Assembly (NCBI GenBank): GCA_963730935.1
Contig: CAVSTP010000003.1
Coordinates: 416,001 to 480,000, forward strand
From: an uncultured Nitrospiraceae bacterium
GTDB taxonomy: Bacteria; Nitrospirota; Nitrospiria; Nitrospirales; Nitrospiraceae
Length of the DNA: 64,000 bases
Reading direction: 5' to 3'
Shown here one piece after another: positions 29,746 through 39,551 of the stretch (the first letter of the stretch is position 1; every line of letters starts with the position of its first letter). A program made the position numbers and the translations under genes. The notes under the pieces are model-generated. The model was given only the letters and a program-made list of their open reading frames with translations, was not told the DNA's origin and ran no database searches.

Positions 29746-29832
29746 GACCCGCCGTTCAGATGTTGCAATGTCCTGCGACTGCGTTCTCGCTCACATGTTG
29801 AGCATCTGCGCAACCTTGTGACCAGGTCGCTC

Positions 29833-30987
29833 ATGCCCAAGCAGAACCGCATCATTCTTGCTATCGCGGCGACGCTTTTTCTCGTGATTGTCGTATTGGA
29901 GACCGTCGCGCCGGCGAATATCGTCGGCGCCTATGCGTTCGTCTTGCCGATCCTGCTGGTCGCGACGGTGCGCAGCCGCCCAGTGATGCTGGTGACCGTG
30001 ATCGCCTGTATCGCGGCAACCTATCTGGGGCTTATGCAGCCAACGAAGCCCGGCCGTTTTCAAGCGGCTGTGATCAACCGCACGGTGGTGGCGGGCGTAT
30101 TGATCATGGTCGCCTACATTGGAATGACCCGGGAAGAACGAAAGGCGCGAGAGGAGACCGCCCGTCAGGCCTTGGCGCAGCAGACCGAGAGCCTCTTACG
30201 AGCGAACGCCCTTCTGGTCGATGCCAAGGATCAGTTGAATCGCTCGGAGCGGCTGGCGGCCGTCGGCCAGCTTGTGGCGTCGGTAGCGCATGAAGTCGGA
30301 ACCCCGTTGCATTCCATCGCCTGGCATGTCCAGGCGCTCAGTGAGGAGCCTGGCGTCACACCAGAAATGAAGAAGCGCATTACGGTCATCGACGAGCAGC
30401 TCAACCGTGTCGTCAGGATTATCCAGGACCTGCTGTCGTCCACCCGCCAGCGCAAGCCGGATCCGATTTGGATGTCGGTCGAGCAGGTTATCGGACCGGC
30501 CACCGCGTTGATGGAGCCGGCCTTCCATGCCAAGGGTGTTGCACTGACGAGCGAGCTTGCGATCGGCGTTCCGCAGGTCTGGGCCGATGCAGAGAAACTG
30601 CATCAAGTGCTGGTGAATCTGCTCACAAACGCGCTTGCTGCCACGCCGCACCAGGGAACTGTGGACGTACACGTCGGAGCCCGCGCCGCCACTGCCAAAG
30701 AATTGGACACGGGGCAGCGTGTCGCGCAGGACATGTCTCCGATGGTGGTCACGGTCGCCGTCCGCGATACCGGCATCGGGATGCCGCCGTCGGATGTTCA
30801 AAACGCCTTCCAGCCGTTTTTCACGACCAAGGAGGTTGGCAAGGGAACCGGCTTGGGTCTATTCTTGAGCCGTGAAACCGTGCATGCCCACGGCGGGACA
30901 CTCTCGCTGGTGAGCGAGCAGGGGCGAGGAACGACCGTGACGATTGCGTTACCTGGGAAGCTCGTGTTGCCGGAAGGGATGGTGTAG
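29833..30987 (+). CDS. Membrane-bound sensor histidine kinase
   Basis: N-terminal TMs, H-box VAHEVGTPL, NLLTNA, PFFTTKEVGKGTGLGL. Confidence 0.92.
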   Translation: MPKQNRIILAIAATLFLVIVVLETVAPANIVGAYAFVLPILLVATVRSRPVMLVTVIACIAATYLGLMQPTKPGRFQAAVINRTVVAGVLIMVAYIGMTREERKAREETARQALAQQTESLLRANALLVDAKDQLNRSERLAAVGQLVASVAHEVGTPLHSIAWHVQALSEEPGVTPEMKKRITVIDEQLNRVVRIIQDLLSSTRQRKPDPIWMSVEQVIGPATALMEPAFHAKGVALTSELAIGVPQVWADAEKLHQVLVNLLTNALAATPHQGTVDVHVGARAATAKELDTGQRVAQDMSPMVVTVAVRDTGIGMPPSDVQNAFQPFFTTKEVGKGTGLGLFLSRETVHAHGGTLSLVSEQGRGTTVTIALPGKLVLPEGMV

Positions 30988-30994
30988 AGACGTC

Positions 30995-32404
30995 ATGCAG
31001 GCTGCAAAGATTCTGGTGGTAGATGACGATACGGTTGCGCGGGATCTGTTGGCGGAGGCCCTGAAGAAAGAGGGCTACAGCGTCGAAGCCTACGGCAGCG
31101 GGGAAGAAGCCATTGCGCGGGGCCGCGAGGGCCGGGTGGATCTGGTGCTCACGGATATCCGTATGGGGGCGGTCGATGGACTGACAGTGCTCCGCGAGTT
31201 CAAGCGCATGAGCCAGGACACCGCGATCGTCGTGTTGACCGCCTTCGGATCGCTTGAAGGCGCGATTGAAGCGATCAAACAAGGTGCGTACGACTATCTG
31301 GCCAAGCCGTTTAAAAAAGAAGAGATCAAGCTGGTCGTTCAGCGCAGTCTCGACCATTGCCGCCTGTTACGAGAAAACACGAAGTTTCGGGAGGAGCTCA
31401 AGAGCAAGGACGAATGGTCGCCGTTGGTCGGCAGCAGCCCGGCGATGCTGGAAGTGTACAAACTGGTGGCCCGGGTGTCCGAAAGCCGAAGTACCGTGCT
31501 CTTACAAGGAGAAAGTGGAACGGGGAAGGAACTGATCGCTCGTGCAATCCATGGCAACAGCCCCCGCCGCGACAAGCCGTTCGTCCCGGTCAATTGCGGC
31601 GCCTTGCCGGACACGCTGCTCGAATCCGAAATGTTCGGCTATGAGAAGGGGGCGTTCACCGGTGCTGTCGGCACGAAGACCGGTCTATTCGAATCGGCAA
31701 ACGGGGGGACCTTGTTTCTCGATGAGGTCGGCGAGTTGGGGCAGGCCCTTCAAGTGAAACTGCTGCGGGTAATGCAGGACCATGAAGTCCGCCGGGTGGG
31801 CAGCACCAATTCCATCAAGGTGGATGTCCGTATCATTGCGGCAACAAACCGGGATCTCGAGCAGTTCGTGAAGGAGGGAAAATTTCGGGACGACCTGTTT
31901 TATCGCTTGAACGTCGTGCGGATCACGCTGCCCTCGCTCAAGGAGCGGCAGGAAGACATCCCGATGCTCGCCCATCATTTTTTACAGAAATGTGCCGCCG
32001 GGACGACGACGGCGGTGCGAGGCTTCCATCCGGATACCTTGGACTGTTTGAATCGATACCGCTGGCCGGGAAACGTTCGCGAGTTGGAGAATGCGATCGA
32101 ACGCGCGGTCTCACTCAGCCACGGGCCGTTGTTGACTCCAGACGATTTGCCGGCGGCCATCCGGCAAGCGCCCGGTCCCGTCGAGCAAAAATCCGATGTG
32201 CCCGACACGGCCGAGTCCGTCTATCTGACCCTCGAGGAAGTGGAGAAACGCCATTTGGTGCGCGTGCTCAAGGAAACCAAGGGAAACAAAGTGAAGGCGG
32301 CAAAAATCCTCGGCATCGATCGACGGACGCTCTATCGCATGGCCGAGCGGTTTGGTTTGGATCTGGGGCCCGATGCCGAAGGGAGCGACAAGGACGCAGG
32401 ATAG
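30995..32404 (+). CDS. Sigma-54-dependent response regulator (NtrC/AtoC/ZraR family)
   Basis: Receiver domain, [24 protein letters not shown] and Fis-type HTH. Confidence 0.95.
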   Translation: MQAAKILVVDDDTVARDLLAEALKKEGYSVEAYGSGEEAIARGREGRVDLVLTDIRMGAVDGLTVLREFKRMSQDTAIVVLTAFGSLEGAIEAIKQGAYDYLAKPFKKEEIKLVVQRSLDHCRLLRENTKFREELKSKDEWSPLVGSSPAMLEVYKLVARVSESRSTVLLQGESGTGKELIARAIHGNSPRRDKPFVPVNCGALPDTLLESEMFGYEKGAFTGAVGTKTGLFESANGGTLFLDEVGELGQALQVKLLRVMQDHEVRRVGSTNSIKVDVRIIAATNRDLEQFVKEGKFRDDLFYRLNVVRITLPSLKERQEDIPMLAHHFLQKCAAGTTTAVRGFHPDTLDCLNRYRWPGNVRELENAIERAVSLSHGPLLTPDDLPAAIRQAPGPVEQKSDVPDTAESVYLTLEEVEKRHLVRVLKETKGNKVKAAKILGIDRRTLYRMAERFGLDLGPDAEGSDKDAG

Positions 32405-32406
32405 CG

Positions 32407-32853
32407 TTACAGAAGGTGGAGTGCGTTTTTGATTAGTCGAAGCTGATTCTCTGCGCTCTGGGGCAAGGCCGTGGGTGACTCCTCCCACCGTGTAAAGAGT
32501 CCGTCCTTTCCCTCGTACAGCACGTGGAGTCTGAGTCTGGTGCTCTGTTCATCAGCGGTCGTCACTACGGCATCGACCCGACTTCGTCCAGTGGCAAAAC
32601 GCCACCGAAGAAGTCCATCCCAGGGACCGCGGATTTCTTCCCGATAGCCCGTCGTCAAGTTCTGATCATCTTCCTGTTCGATCTCATATCCCCCGTATGT
32701 GAGGACCTGGATCACGGCGGTTCGCACGTGGTCAACCGAGGCAGGCAAGGTGACGTCTACGACATCGGGGTCATGAGGAATCGGGGGGCCGGCGCATGCT
32801 GCACTTGCGAGGAGTGAAAGAGCAGCCAGGAGGCGGAGGCAGGGTGAGGTCAC
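32407..32853 (-). CDS. Hypothetical lipoprotein
   Basis: Lipobox SAA-C. GTGA overlap with the upstream gene. Confidence 0.75.
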   Translation of the reverse strand: MTSPCLRLLAALSLLASAACAGPPIPHDPDVVDVTLPASVDHVRTAVIQVLTYGGYEIEQEDDQNLTTGYREEIRGPWDGLLRWRFATGRSRVDAVVTTADEQSTRLRLHVLYEGKDGLFTRWEESPTALPQSAENQLRLIKNALHLL

Positions 32854-33104
32854 TTGGCTTTCGTGTCCTTCAACCGATACACCAGATGTGTATCGGTTTG
32901 TGAGACGCCTTCGATCGAATGAATGCGGCTGAGCACGAGTTGCGTCAACGCGTCTTGATCCGGCACTTCGACGACCGCAATGATGTCCGGCTTACCCCAG
33001 CAAGGATCGATCGTTTTGATCTGCTTGATCTCGCCGAGCGCTCTTACCACACGGCTTGTCTGACCCGGTTGTACGTGAATCAAGATATACGCTCGGTCGG
33101 CCAT
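32850..33104 (-). CDS. Lrp/AsnC ligand-binding domain protein (stand-alone)
   Basis: MADRAYILIHV...WGKPDIIAVVEV...IHSIEGVSQTDT, RBS GGAG. The long upstream extension in the ORF track is likely spurious. Confidence 0.88.
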   Translation of the reverse strand: MADRAYILIHVQPGQTSRVVRALGEIKQIKTIDPCWGKPDIIAVVEVPDQDALTQLVLSRIHSIEGVSQTDTHLVYRLKDTKAK

Positions 33105-33270
33105 GACCACTCCACCGTCTACCGGTGCATGGATCGTGCAAGGCACCGCCGGAATGGCAGGCTCCTTGCCAACGTAGCGGATACCAGAAGCACCTGTCAA
33201 TGTGGCCGAAGCGGGCCAGGAAACTTGATTGGAGACACCTGCCACAGGTTTGGGCTTCTTCATGACCGCC

Positions 33271-34692
33271 TCACTTGGGTGCGACGACGACGTCGACAGC
33301 AAAATGTTCGCTTGTGGTGCAAAGCTCACTCTCCAATCCGCGCGGGTTACCGATGCGGCCTTCCGGGTCATAGATGAAACACAACAGATGCGCGCACCGT
33401 CCGCGGTTTCGATAACGCTCGACGTCGGCGCGGACTTGATCGGCGAGATCGGTCCGGCTGAGCCCCGTCCGTGTTTTCTTGACGACGATGGCGAGTCGAT
33501 CGTGATCGAGCAGATAGGTGGTGCGGAGAGCGCCATTGCTATAAGACGGAGTCCACTCGTCCGTGCCGATGTCATCAAAATGCTGACGAAGGAGCGCATG
33601 CACGAGGTCTTGTACGTCGCACTCGTCCTCGACGTTGATCGTCGATCGGTACTCGCCGCGCAAGCGTAATTGGCGCGCCACGACATGAAATCGTTGGCAG
33701 ACTTTCTTCGTGATAGAGAGGTGATCCGTCTCGGCGGCGGCCGACGAGTTGGCTGTGGCCAGTGGTGTCGTGGGTAAAGTCGGCTGCGTCACGCTCGGCG
33801 AAGCGGGGAGGGGAACTTCTTGCGTGCTCGTAAATGCGCCTGCGGCGGCCTGCGATTTTGGCGCCGGCGTGGCTGGAGCTGCCAGAACATCGGAAGGGGA
33901 AGCGACAGGTGTTGGAGACGGTGAAGTGACCGCAGCAGGCGCAGGAGGTGGTGAAGGTAGAGCGGCTCGTGCAGGTGCGGCGACAGCAGGAGGTGGACTC
34001 GGAGCAGGTACATTCAGGTCTGGTGCCGGCGGTACGGGTTTAGTTTCTTGTGTGCGGAATAGCGAAGAGATCGGTTCGATCGGTGTCCGCGGCGGTATCG
34101 ATTGCACGGGCGGCACGACTGCCGTCGATGTCGGTTCCACCGCTGGAGGGGTCGATGTGCCGGCTGGTGGTGCAGCGGCGGCGACTGGAGGTGCTGTCAC
34201 GGCAGCATTGGCAACGCCGGGAACCAGATGCAAGGCTGTGCCAGTCGGTCGGGAAGACGCGGTCACAGTTGTCATAGTTACCTGAGCGGTGGAAACCGAC
34301 GGAGGGACCAGCGCCATCTGAGGGGGAGCGGATGAAGGGGCCGCTTGAGCCACCGCCGGCTTGAGCCCTTGCAATTCCAACTTCTTGTCCTCGAGCGACG
34401 CGATCAGGCTTCGAATCAAGGTCAGGGTTTGCTTCTTCTCGGTCGGTGACGAAAGCGCCAGTTTGAGATGGCGATGCGTCTGAGACTCCGGCGATTTATC
34501 GCCGAAGGCTCGCTTGATGCACTCTCGAAGCTGGAGCTCAGTGCGGGTTAGGGCGCCCTCAAGATAAGGGAAGCCTTCCCGTCCGAGATCTTCAAGTTTC
34601 GGGATAAAGGCTTGCAATTGTTCAATGCTTTGGGTGAGGTCGTCGATCGCAAGCGATTTCGACCGCGCCCGTTCAGATTTTGCCCGTGGCAT
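33271..34692 (-). CDS. Protein with N-terminal helical domain, Pro/Ala linker and C-terminal REase_DpnII-MboI-like PD-(D/E)XK domain (degenerate)
   Basis: EDECDVQDLVHALLRQHFDDI..EWTPSY...KKTR...CFIYDPEGRIGNPRGLE. Confidence 0.8.
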   Translation of the reverse strand: MPRAKSERARSKSLAIDDLTQSIEQLQAFIPKLEDLGREGFPYLEGALTRTELQLRECIKRAFGDKSPESQTHRHLKLALSSPTEKKQTLTLIRSLIASLEDKKLELQGLKPAVAQAAPSSAPPQMALVPPSVSTAQVTMTTVTASSRPTGTALHLVPGVANAAVTAPPVAAAAPPAGTSTPPAVEPTSTAVVPPVQSIPPRTPIEPISSLFRTQETKPVPPAPDLNVPAPSPPPAVAAPARAALPSPPPAPAAVTSPSPTPVASPSDVLAAPATPAPKSQAAAGAFTSTQEVPLPASPSVTQPTLPTTPLATANSSAAAETDHLSITKKVCQRFHVVARQLRLRGEYRSTINVEDECDVQDLVHALLRQHFDDIGTDEWTPSYSNGALRTTYLLDHDRLAIVVKKTRTGLSRTDLADQVRADVERYRNRGRCAHLLCFIYDPEGRIGNPRGLESELCTTSEHFAVDVVVAPK

Positions 34693-34791
34693 AGTGTGTG
34701 GGAAAAGTGTAGCCCACGTCCATTGGACTGACAAGAAAACACCTGAAAATCAACAAAATAGCCGCTCGACCCGCTCAGGAGACTCGACCTA

Positions 34792-35037
34792 TCAGGCGGC
34801 CAGGTCGCTCGAGTGCTCGGAATCCTCCTGAACCACCGGTTGGGCGCTCAGTACCGGCTGAACGTTTGCCGAAGTCATCGCTGCTGCATGTAGGCTCCGG
34901 TTCCTTTCCAGTACCGGGTCGAAGACGTGCCCGCAATTGATGCAGCGCCAGCCTTCGAGCCACCATTCGCCGCCGCTTTCTTGTAGATCGAGGAAGTGAT
35001 CCCGTGCCATACATCCTTGACACCGTCGACAAGTCAT
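34792..35037 (-). CDS. Small Zn-ribbon protein
   Basis: RBS AAGGAGG. MTCRRCQGCM...WRCINCG. Confidence 0.8.
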   Translation of the reverse strand: MTCRRCQGCMARDHFLDLQESGGEWWLEGWRCINCGHVFDPVLERNRSLHAAAMTSANVQPVLSAQPVVQEDSEHSSDLAA

Positions 35038-35277
35038 TGGGTCCTCCTTTGGTTCTCGGCACGCATCAAGCCTAACGGGTAAGGCCGGGCTTGTTGAGAC
35101 CCAAATGGGGTACCCCAAAAGAGGCAGAGCCGCCGGCGTTAGCGGGATGCCCAGGGGTACTACCAATTCCGTGGAAAGCGCAGGCGTACAAGGCTGGAGG
35201 GGATATCAAGTGCGACATCGAGCGTCTCGAGCCTGTTAATAGTTACAGGGCAAATACACCTACGCCATTATCCTACA

Positions 35278-35316
35278 TTGACAGAGGCCCCCTAATTTGG
35301 GACGATCGTCCCAAAT
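35278..35316 (+). promoter_or_regulatory. Sigma-70 promoter overlapped by a perfect 22-bp palindrome (candidate operator)
   Basis: TTGACA(35278)-N17-GACGAT. Palindrome ATTTGGGACGATCGTCCCAAAT at 35295-35316 covers the -10 and the ATG. Confidence 0.75.
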
Positions 35317-36154
35317 GGTGAAGACCCGACACTCGCAACCGCTCATCGCTGCACTGACTGTCCTCCTCCGTCCGCTCGTCCGCATTCTTCTTCGGCACGG
35401 GATTCCTTGTGATGTGCTCTTAACCGTCGCGCGCCAACTGTATATTCGCGTGGCGAGCGAAGAGTTTGTCCTCCCTGGGAAAAGACAGACCACCTCACGG
35501 GTGTCAATTCTCACCGGCCTTAGCCGCAAAGCGGTACGGCGGATCTTGAGGACCGGTGATGTGGACAATCAGGAAGCAACGGACCGGTACAATCGTGCAG
35601 CGCGAGTCATCACTGGGTGGGTACGGGATAAGGAGTTCCTCGACCACGCCGGCCAGCCAGTTGCTCTGCCAGTCGATGGCACGGACGCCTCGTTTGGGTC
35701 GTTAGTCCGCCTTTACAGCGGAGATATCCCTGTCCGAGCAATGTTGGATGAGCTCCTCCGTGTGGGTGCTGTGCGCTGGACAAAGGATGGTCGCATACGC
35801 CTCAAAGCCCGCTTTTACGTGCCGGAGCAGAGCGAAGCGGACAAGCTTCACATCTTGGGAACCGACACGGCCGATCTTATCGCGACGATTGCCCACAATC
35901 TTACCCCGAAGGGGAGTCCACGATACCAACGCAAAGTCATGTATGACAACGTGCCGGTGGAGGCCGCCCAGGAATTCAAGCGTCTGTCGGCCAACCGTGC
36001 TCAACTCTTTCTTGAAGACATTGATAGCTGGCTCTCGGGCTGGGACCGCGATGTTAATCCTTCTGTGCAGGGAAGTGGGCGCAAACGCGTTGGTATGGGC
36101 GTCTATTATTTTGAAGACGACGTTGTGGAATCACAATCAGGGCCCCGACCATGA
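35315..36154 (+). CDS. DUF6502 family protein (putative HTH regulator)
   Basis: LLRPLVRILLRHGI, SRVSILTGLSRKAVRR (HTH-like), RAMLDELLRVG, TIAHNL, RVGMGVYYFE. Confidence 0.8.
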   Translation: MVKTRHSQPLIAALTVLLRPLVRILLRHGIPCDVLLTVARQLYIRVASEEFVLPGKRQTTSRVSILTGLSRKAVRRILRTGDVDNQEATDRYNRAARVITGWVRDKEFLDHAGQPVALPVDGTDASFGSLVRLYSGDIPVRAMLDELLRVGAVRWTKDGRIRLKARFYVPEQSEADKLHILGTDTADLIATIAHNLTPKGSPRYQRKVMYDNVPVEAAQEFKRLSANRAQLFLEDIDSWLSGWDRDVNPSVQGSGRKRVGMGVYYFEDDVVESQSGPRP

Positions 36155-37587
36155 GATGCATCGCCTCATCCGCCACCCTCAGTGTTCTCGGTGTGTGCAT
36201 GGGGCTCGCCTTGGCGTGTTCAGGTGGAGGCGGAGGAGGGACTGGCCTACCCAGCGCCACCACCACATCATCGACGAGTTCAGGTGTCATCACAGGATTT
36301 GGCAGCGTGAAGCTGGTCGGGAAAGAGTATGGAACTCAGAATACCTCGTTCACCGTCGATGGGCAACCGGGATCGCAGAACGATCTCAAGGTCGGCATGG
36401 TTGTGACAGTGAATGGTTCATTGTCTTCGACGGGTGTGAGGACAGCGTCGACTATCGCACAGGAAGACGTGGTGGAAGGTGCCGTTCAAGGCATTCCGAG
36501 TAATGATCGTCTTGTCGTCTTGGGTCAGACTGTCCTAATCAACGACGACACCGTGTTTGACAACAATATTCCCGGACAGAATATCGGTGGACTGACCGTA
36601 GGAGACCTCGTGGAGGTCAACGGCTTCGTGAAGGGTAAGGGGCTGATCATTGCCACGCTGATCGAGAAGAAAAATCCTCCCGCGACCTGCGAAGTGAAGG
36701 GTATCGTCGAAAAGCATAACAGCAGCGTCCAGTCCTTTATCCTCGGTGGGTTGACCGTCACCTACAGTGGTGCGGCCATCAACGACATGCCGAATGCCAA
36801 CGGCAATGCATGGAATGATTTGTTGGTAGAAGTGAAAGGCAGTCCGTGCACACTGGCCTCCCAACCTTTGATCGCCACCAACGTTGAGCCTGAGCGGGTC
36901 AACGTGGCGAATGCCGATGAAATAGAAGTGGAAGGGGCAATTACGCAGTTCAATTCTCCAGGCAGCTTTACGGTGAATGGCGCGCCTGTTGTCATAGATT
37001 CCAATACCAGCTTTGAAGACGGAGTTTCTGACGATTTGGCACTGGGCCTCGAGGTAAAGGTTGAAGGCTCGTTGTCTAATGGAGTGGTGACCGCCAAGGA
37101 AATCAAATTTAGAGACAACGTTGAGATTCAAGCCAACGTGACCACTGTGACGTCGGGAGGGGGGACCCCTAATCTTATGGTCTCTGGTCTCCCCGGCATC
37201 AGGGTATTCGTGAATGCACAGACCGAGTTCAAAGCGGGAATTTCTAACCTCGGTGAACTGGTCTCTGGGGATCACATCAGAGTCCTTGGGCGCCCGACTG
37301 GGGCCACGACGGTGATTGCATCCCGGGTCGATAGGCGCCCACAGGACACGCGAGTGCTCCTTGAAGGAGCAGTACAGGCCGTTGCCGACCCAAGCGTAAT
37401 CGTGCTTGGTGTGACCATTAATACATCGACGATTGACGACGGAAATTTTGAGGGTCCGAAGGGCGCTGCGGTTGGTCGGACTGTCTTCTTCAGTTCGGTT
37501 CAGGTGGGAACGGTGGTTAAAGCCCGTGGTGACTTGATTGGCGGAATAGTGCGCTGGAACAAAATCGAAATTGAGGGCGGGAAGTAG
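36151..37587 (+). CDS. DUF5666 repeat lipoprotein
   Basis: Lipobox ALA-C plus Gly run, SGVITGFGSV, repeated LxVGxxVEVxG modules, ATGA coupling. Confidence 0.85.
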   Translation: MRCIASSATLSVLGVCMGLALACSGGGGGGTGLPSATTTSSTSSGVITGFGSVKLVGKEYGTQNTSFTVDGQPGSQNDLKVGMVVTVNGSLSSTGVRTASTIAQEDVVEGAVQGIPSNDRLVVLGQTVLINDDTVFDNNIPGQNIGGLTVGDLVEVNGFVKGKGLIIATLIEKKNPPATCEVKGIVEKHNSSVQSFILGGLTVTYSGAAINDMPNANGNAWNDLLVEVKGSPCTLASQPLIATNVEPERVNVANADEIEVEGAITQFNSPGSFTVNGAPVVIDSNTSFEDGVSDDLALGLEVKVEGSLSNGVVTAKEIKFRDNVEIQANVTTVTSGGGTPNLMVSGLPGIRVFVNAQTEFKAGISNLGELVSGDHIRVLGRPTGATTVIASRVDRRPQDTRVLLEGAVQAVADPSVIVLGVTINTSTIDDGNFEGPKGAAVGRTVFFSSVQVGTVVKARGDLIGGIVRWNKIEIEGGK

Positions 37588-37602
37588 GCAGGTGGAAATC
37601 GA

Positions 37603-37860
37603 ATGACCCGTAGGAGGATGCGGACTAGCGACCTCTTCTGGAACAGCGATGACTGGCGCCGTGCGTGGAAAACTGCTTTGATGCAAATCAATCGAGTACC
37701 TGCCGCGGTCAAGGGGCATATGGCGTTCCACCGGGCAATCCACTTGCTGGACAGTGCCTTTGTCAGAGGCGATGCGCTCCAGTTTCAGCTTGCTATCTTG
37801 CTGCTAGATTGTGGCAACGAGGGGATTGGTCGCGGTGACTATTCTCCGTTACGGAATTAG
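37603..37860 (+). CDS. Hypothetical protein
   Basis: 85-aa ORF right after the DUF5666 gene, helical composition, no motif recognised. Confidence 0.4.
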   Translation: MTRRRMRTSDLFWNSDDWRRAWKTALMQINRVPAAVKGHMAFHRAIHLLDSAFVRGDALQFQLAILLLDCGNEGIGRGDYSPLRN

Positions 37861-37957
37861 ACCAGTGATTGGCGAGCGAAGTGATTCAGCGTATGCCTCG
37901 CGCTCTAAGTTGATTTCGCTTGGGAAGGGGTTGCATTCAGTCTCACAGAACACGGAT

Positions 37958-38368
37958 ATGACGCCCTCTACGACTGTTCTTCTAATCGATGATGATACAG
38001 GTGACCGAGAGTCCTGGGCACAGCGCCTTAACATTCTGTCAAACGACTACCATATTCTTGAGGCCGACACTGGGGAGAGAGGACTCGCCATCTGGGATTC
38101 ACAGCGGATCGACTGCGTCGTTACTGAGTTGAATCTGCCCGACATGACGGGCTTTGAAATCATTGTAAAGTTGGTCCCACGTGTCACCCACCCCGAGATT
38201 GCGGTCATAGTCTTAACTGACCTGACTCTTCCTGCATTGGCCAAGCTTGCGAGGAATAGTGGTGCTCACGCTTATTTGCAAAAGTCACGAACCTCGGGCG
38301 AGGACTTAGACCATGCCATCCGTAAGGCCATCGCTACTGTTGACCCCAACAAGAAGCGTGGGGGCTAG
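37958..38368 (+). CDS. Single-domain response regulator (atypical receiver)
   Basis: VLLIDDD...CVVTELNLPDMTG...VIVLT...GAHAYLQK. The phospho-Asp position holds Glu. Confidence 0.85.
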   Translation: MTPSTTVLLIDDDTGDRESWAQRLNILSNDYHILEADTGERGLAIWDSQRIDCVVTELNLPDMTGFEIIVKLVPRVTHPEIAVIVLTDLTLPALAKLARNSGAHAYLQKSRTSGEDLDHAIRKAIATVDPNKKRGG

Positions 38369-38487
38369 CGTGTTAGCGCGGCAGTTTTCGCTCCGACAGA
38401 AATCGTCACGATTACTGGGAAAGCAATTGAAGACAAATTCCTCAAAGACCTAACCTGCACTCGCTTATGAATGACGTAGGAGGACCC

Positions 38488-38754
38488 ATGGATAAGAACA
38501 ATGCGAAAAAACATCCCTTGCAGTGCCGAAAATGCACCGGCACAGTCTTGCCGGATCGAGCTATTTGTTTACCCAATGGGGTCTGGGTCTTGAGGTATGT
38601 CTGCATCTATTGTGATTGCCGATGGCATGCAATAAAGACGGCACGCCAGTGGGTGCTCGTCAAAGCGAGTACACCCGTCTTCACAACGATTACCGCACAG
38701 ACCGTTATTGCCACTGATAATGATGATAGCGCTGGACCAGCGATTGCCGTGTGA
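38488..38754 (+). CDS. Small Zn-ribbon-like protein
   Basis: RBS AGGAGG. CRKC...CIYC. Confidence 0.55.
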   Translation: MDKNNAKKHPLQCRKCTGTVLPDRAICLPNGVWVLRYVCIYCDCRWHAIKTARQWVLVKASTPVFTTITAQTVIATDNDDSAGPAIAV

Positions 38755-39364
38755 GTGTATCTAATAGCGATTCCCCACCAAAGTCGAGGCTTCCGAACAC
38801 TGTGTATGCTGCTCTACCTGGTTGACAGTCGGCCATGCTTCTCGTCCTCCATGACAATGTGCCCTCCCTTTCATCAGTGGTTTGGCCAAGAAGGACGGTG
38901 TGCTATCACCAGCTACCTAAGGAAGCTAAATTGGCCTTACATCTACCCGGCCTCGTCCTTCGCGTCGTCTTCCTCACACGGTCTCGGTGCCCCTGTAGGT
39001 TCCCTCGCCACGGTTCAGACCGTTGAGACTTCTCGATCAAGTGAGTGGCTGTGCATTGTCGAATACCACGACAGGAGGCAGCCCAGGCAGGGGACCCGGC
39101 TGTATCGGTCGCATTTGTGGGCGAATGACCTCGGACGGTTCGAGATTGTGAAGGATGTAATGCCTGTTATCGAGGCGAAAATAACGGGATCAGCAACACG
39201 AACTAAAACCTGGACTCAACTCTCCCTGCCGTTCCCTCAGATTGAACTTAAATCCGCAACGACTCATCACCCCGTCGTAGGTTCTCGACTCATACCTAAA
39301 ATTTTTCCGCTGAAGCAACCGGCCCTCCAGAACGTTCCGAACTGCCAAGAAGGCGGCGGGCTCA

Positions 39365-39508
39365 ACGAACCTCCGCCGGGCAGGCATCGACACCGCCACG
39401 GCAATGAAGATCGTGGGTCACAAGTCCGAGAAGATGTGGAAGCGTTATGACGCGATCGAGGAAAGTGACCTAGTGAATGCAGCCAGCAAGCTCAATACCT
39501 ACTTGTAA
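39365..39508 (+). pseudogene. C-terminal remnant of a tyrosine recombinase/integrase
   Basis: Manual translation TNLRRAGIDTATAMKIVGHKSEKMWKRYDAIEESDL... keeps the GH and the catalytic Tyr region. No upstream body. Confidence 0.8.
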
Positions 39509-39551
39509 ATGAACACGGGTGAAGGTCAGGATTAATTTTCTAAGTGTAAGT

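Noticed and set aside
33105..33686. Long N-terminal extension of the Lrp-domain ORF (278 aa in the track)
   Set aside because: It overlaps the nuclease-like gene and contains a promoter-like TTGACA. A good SD precedes ATG 33104.
36535..37743. 402-aa minus-strand ORF
   Set aside because: Antisense shadow of the DUF5666 gene with no recognisable motifs.
38755..39450. 231-aa plus-strand ORF
   Set aside because: No recognisable domain or RBS. It overlaps the integrase relic in another frame and is likely a chance ORF in decayed DNA.
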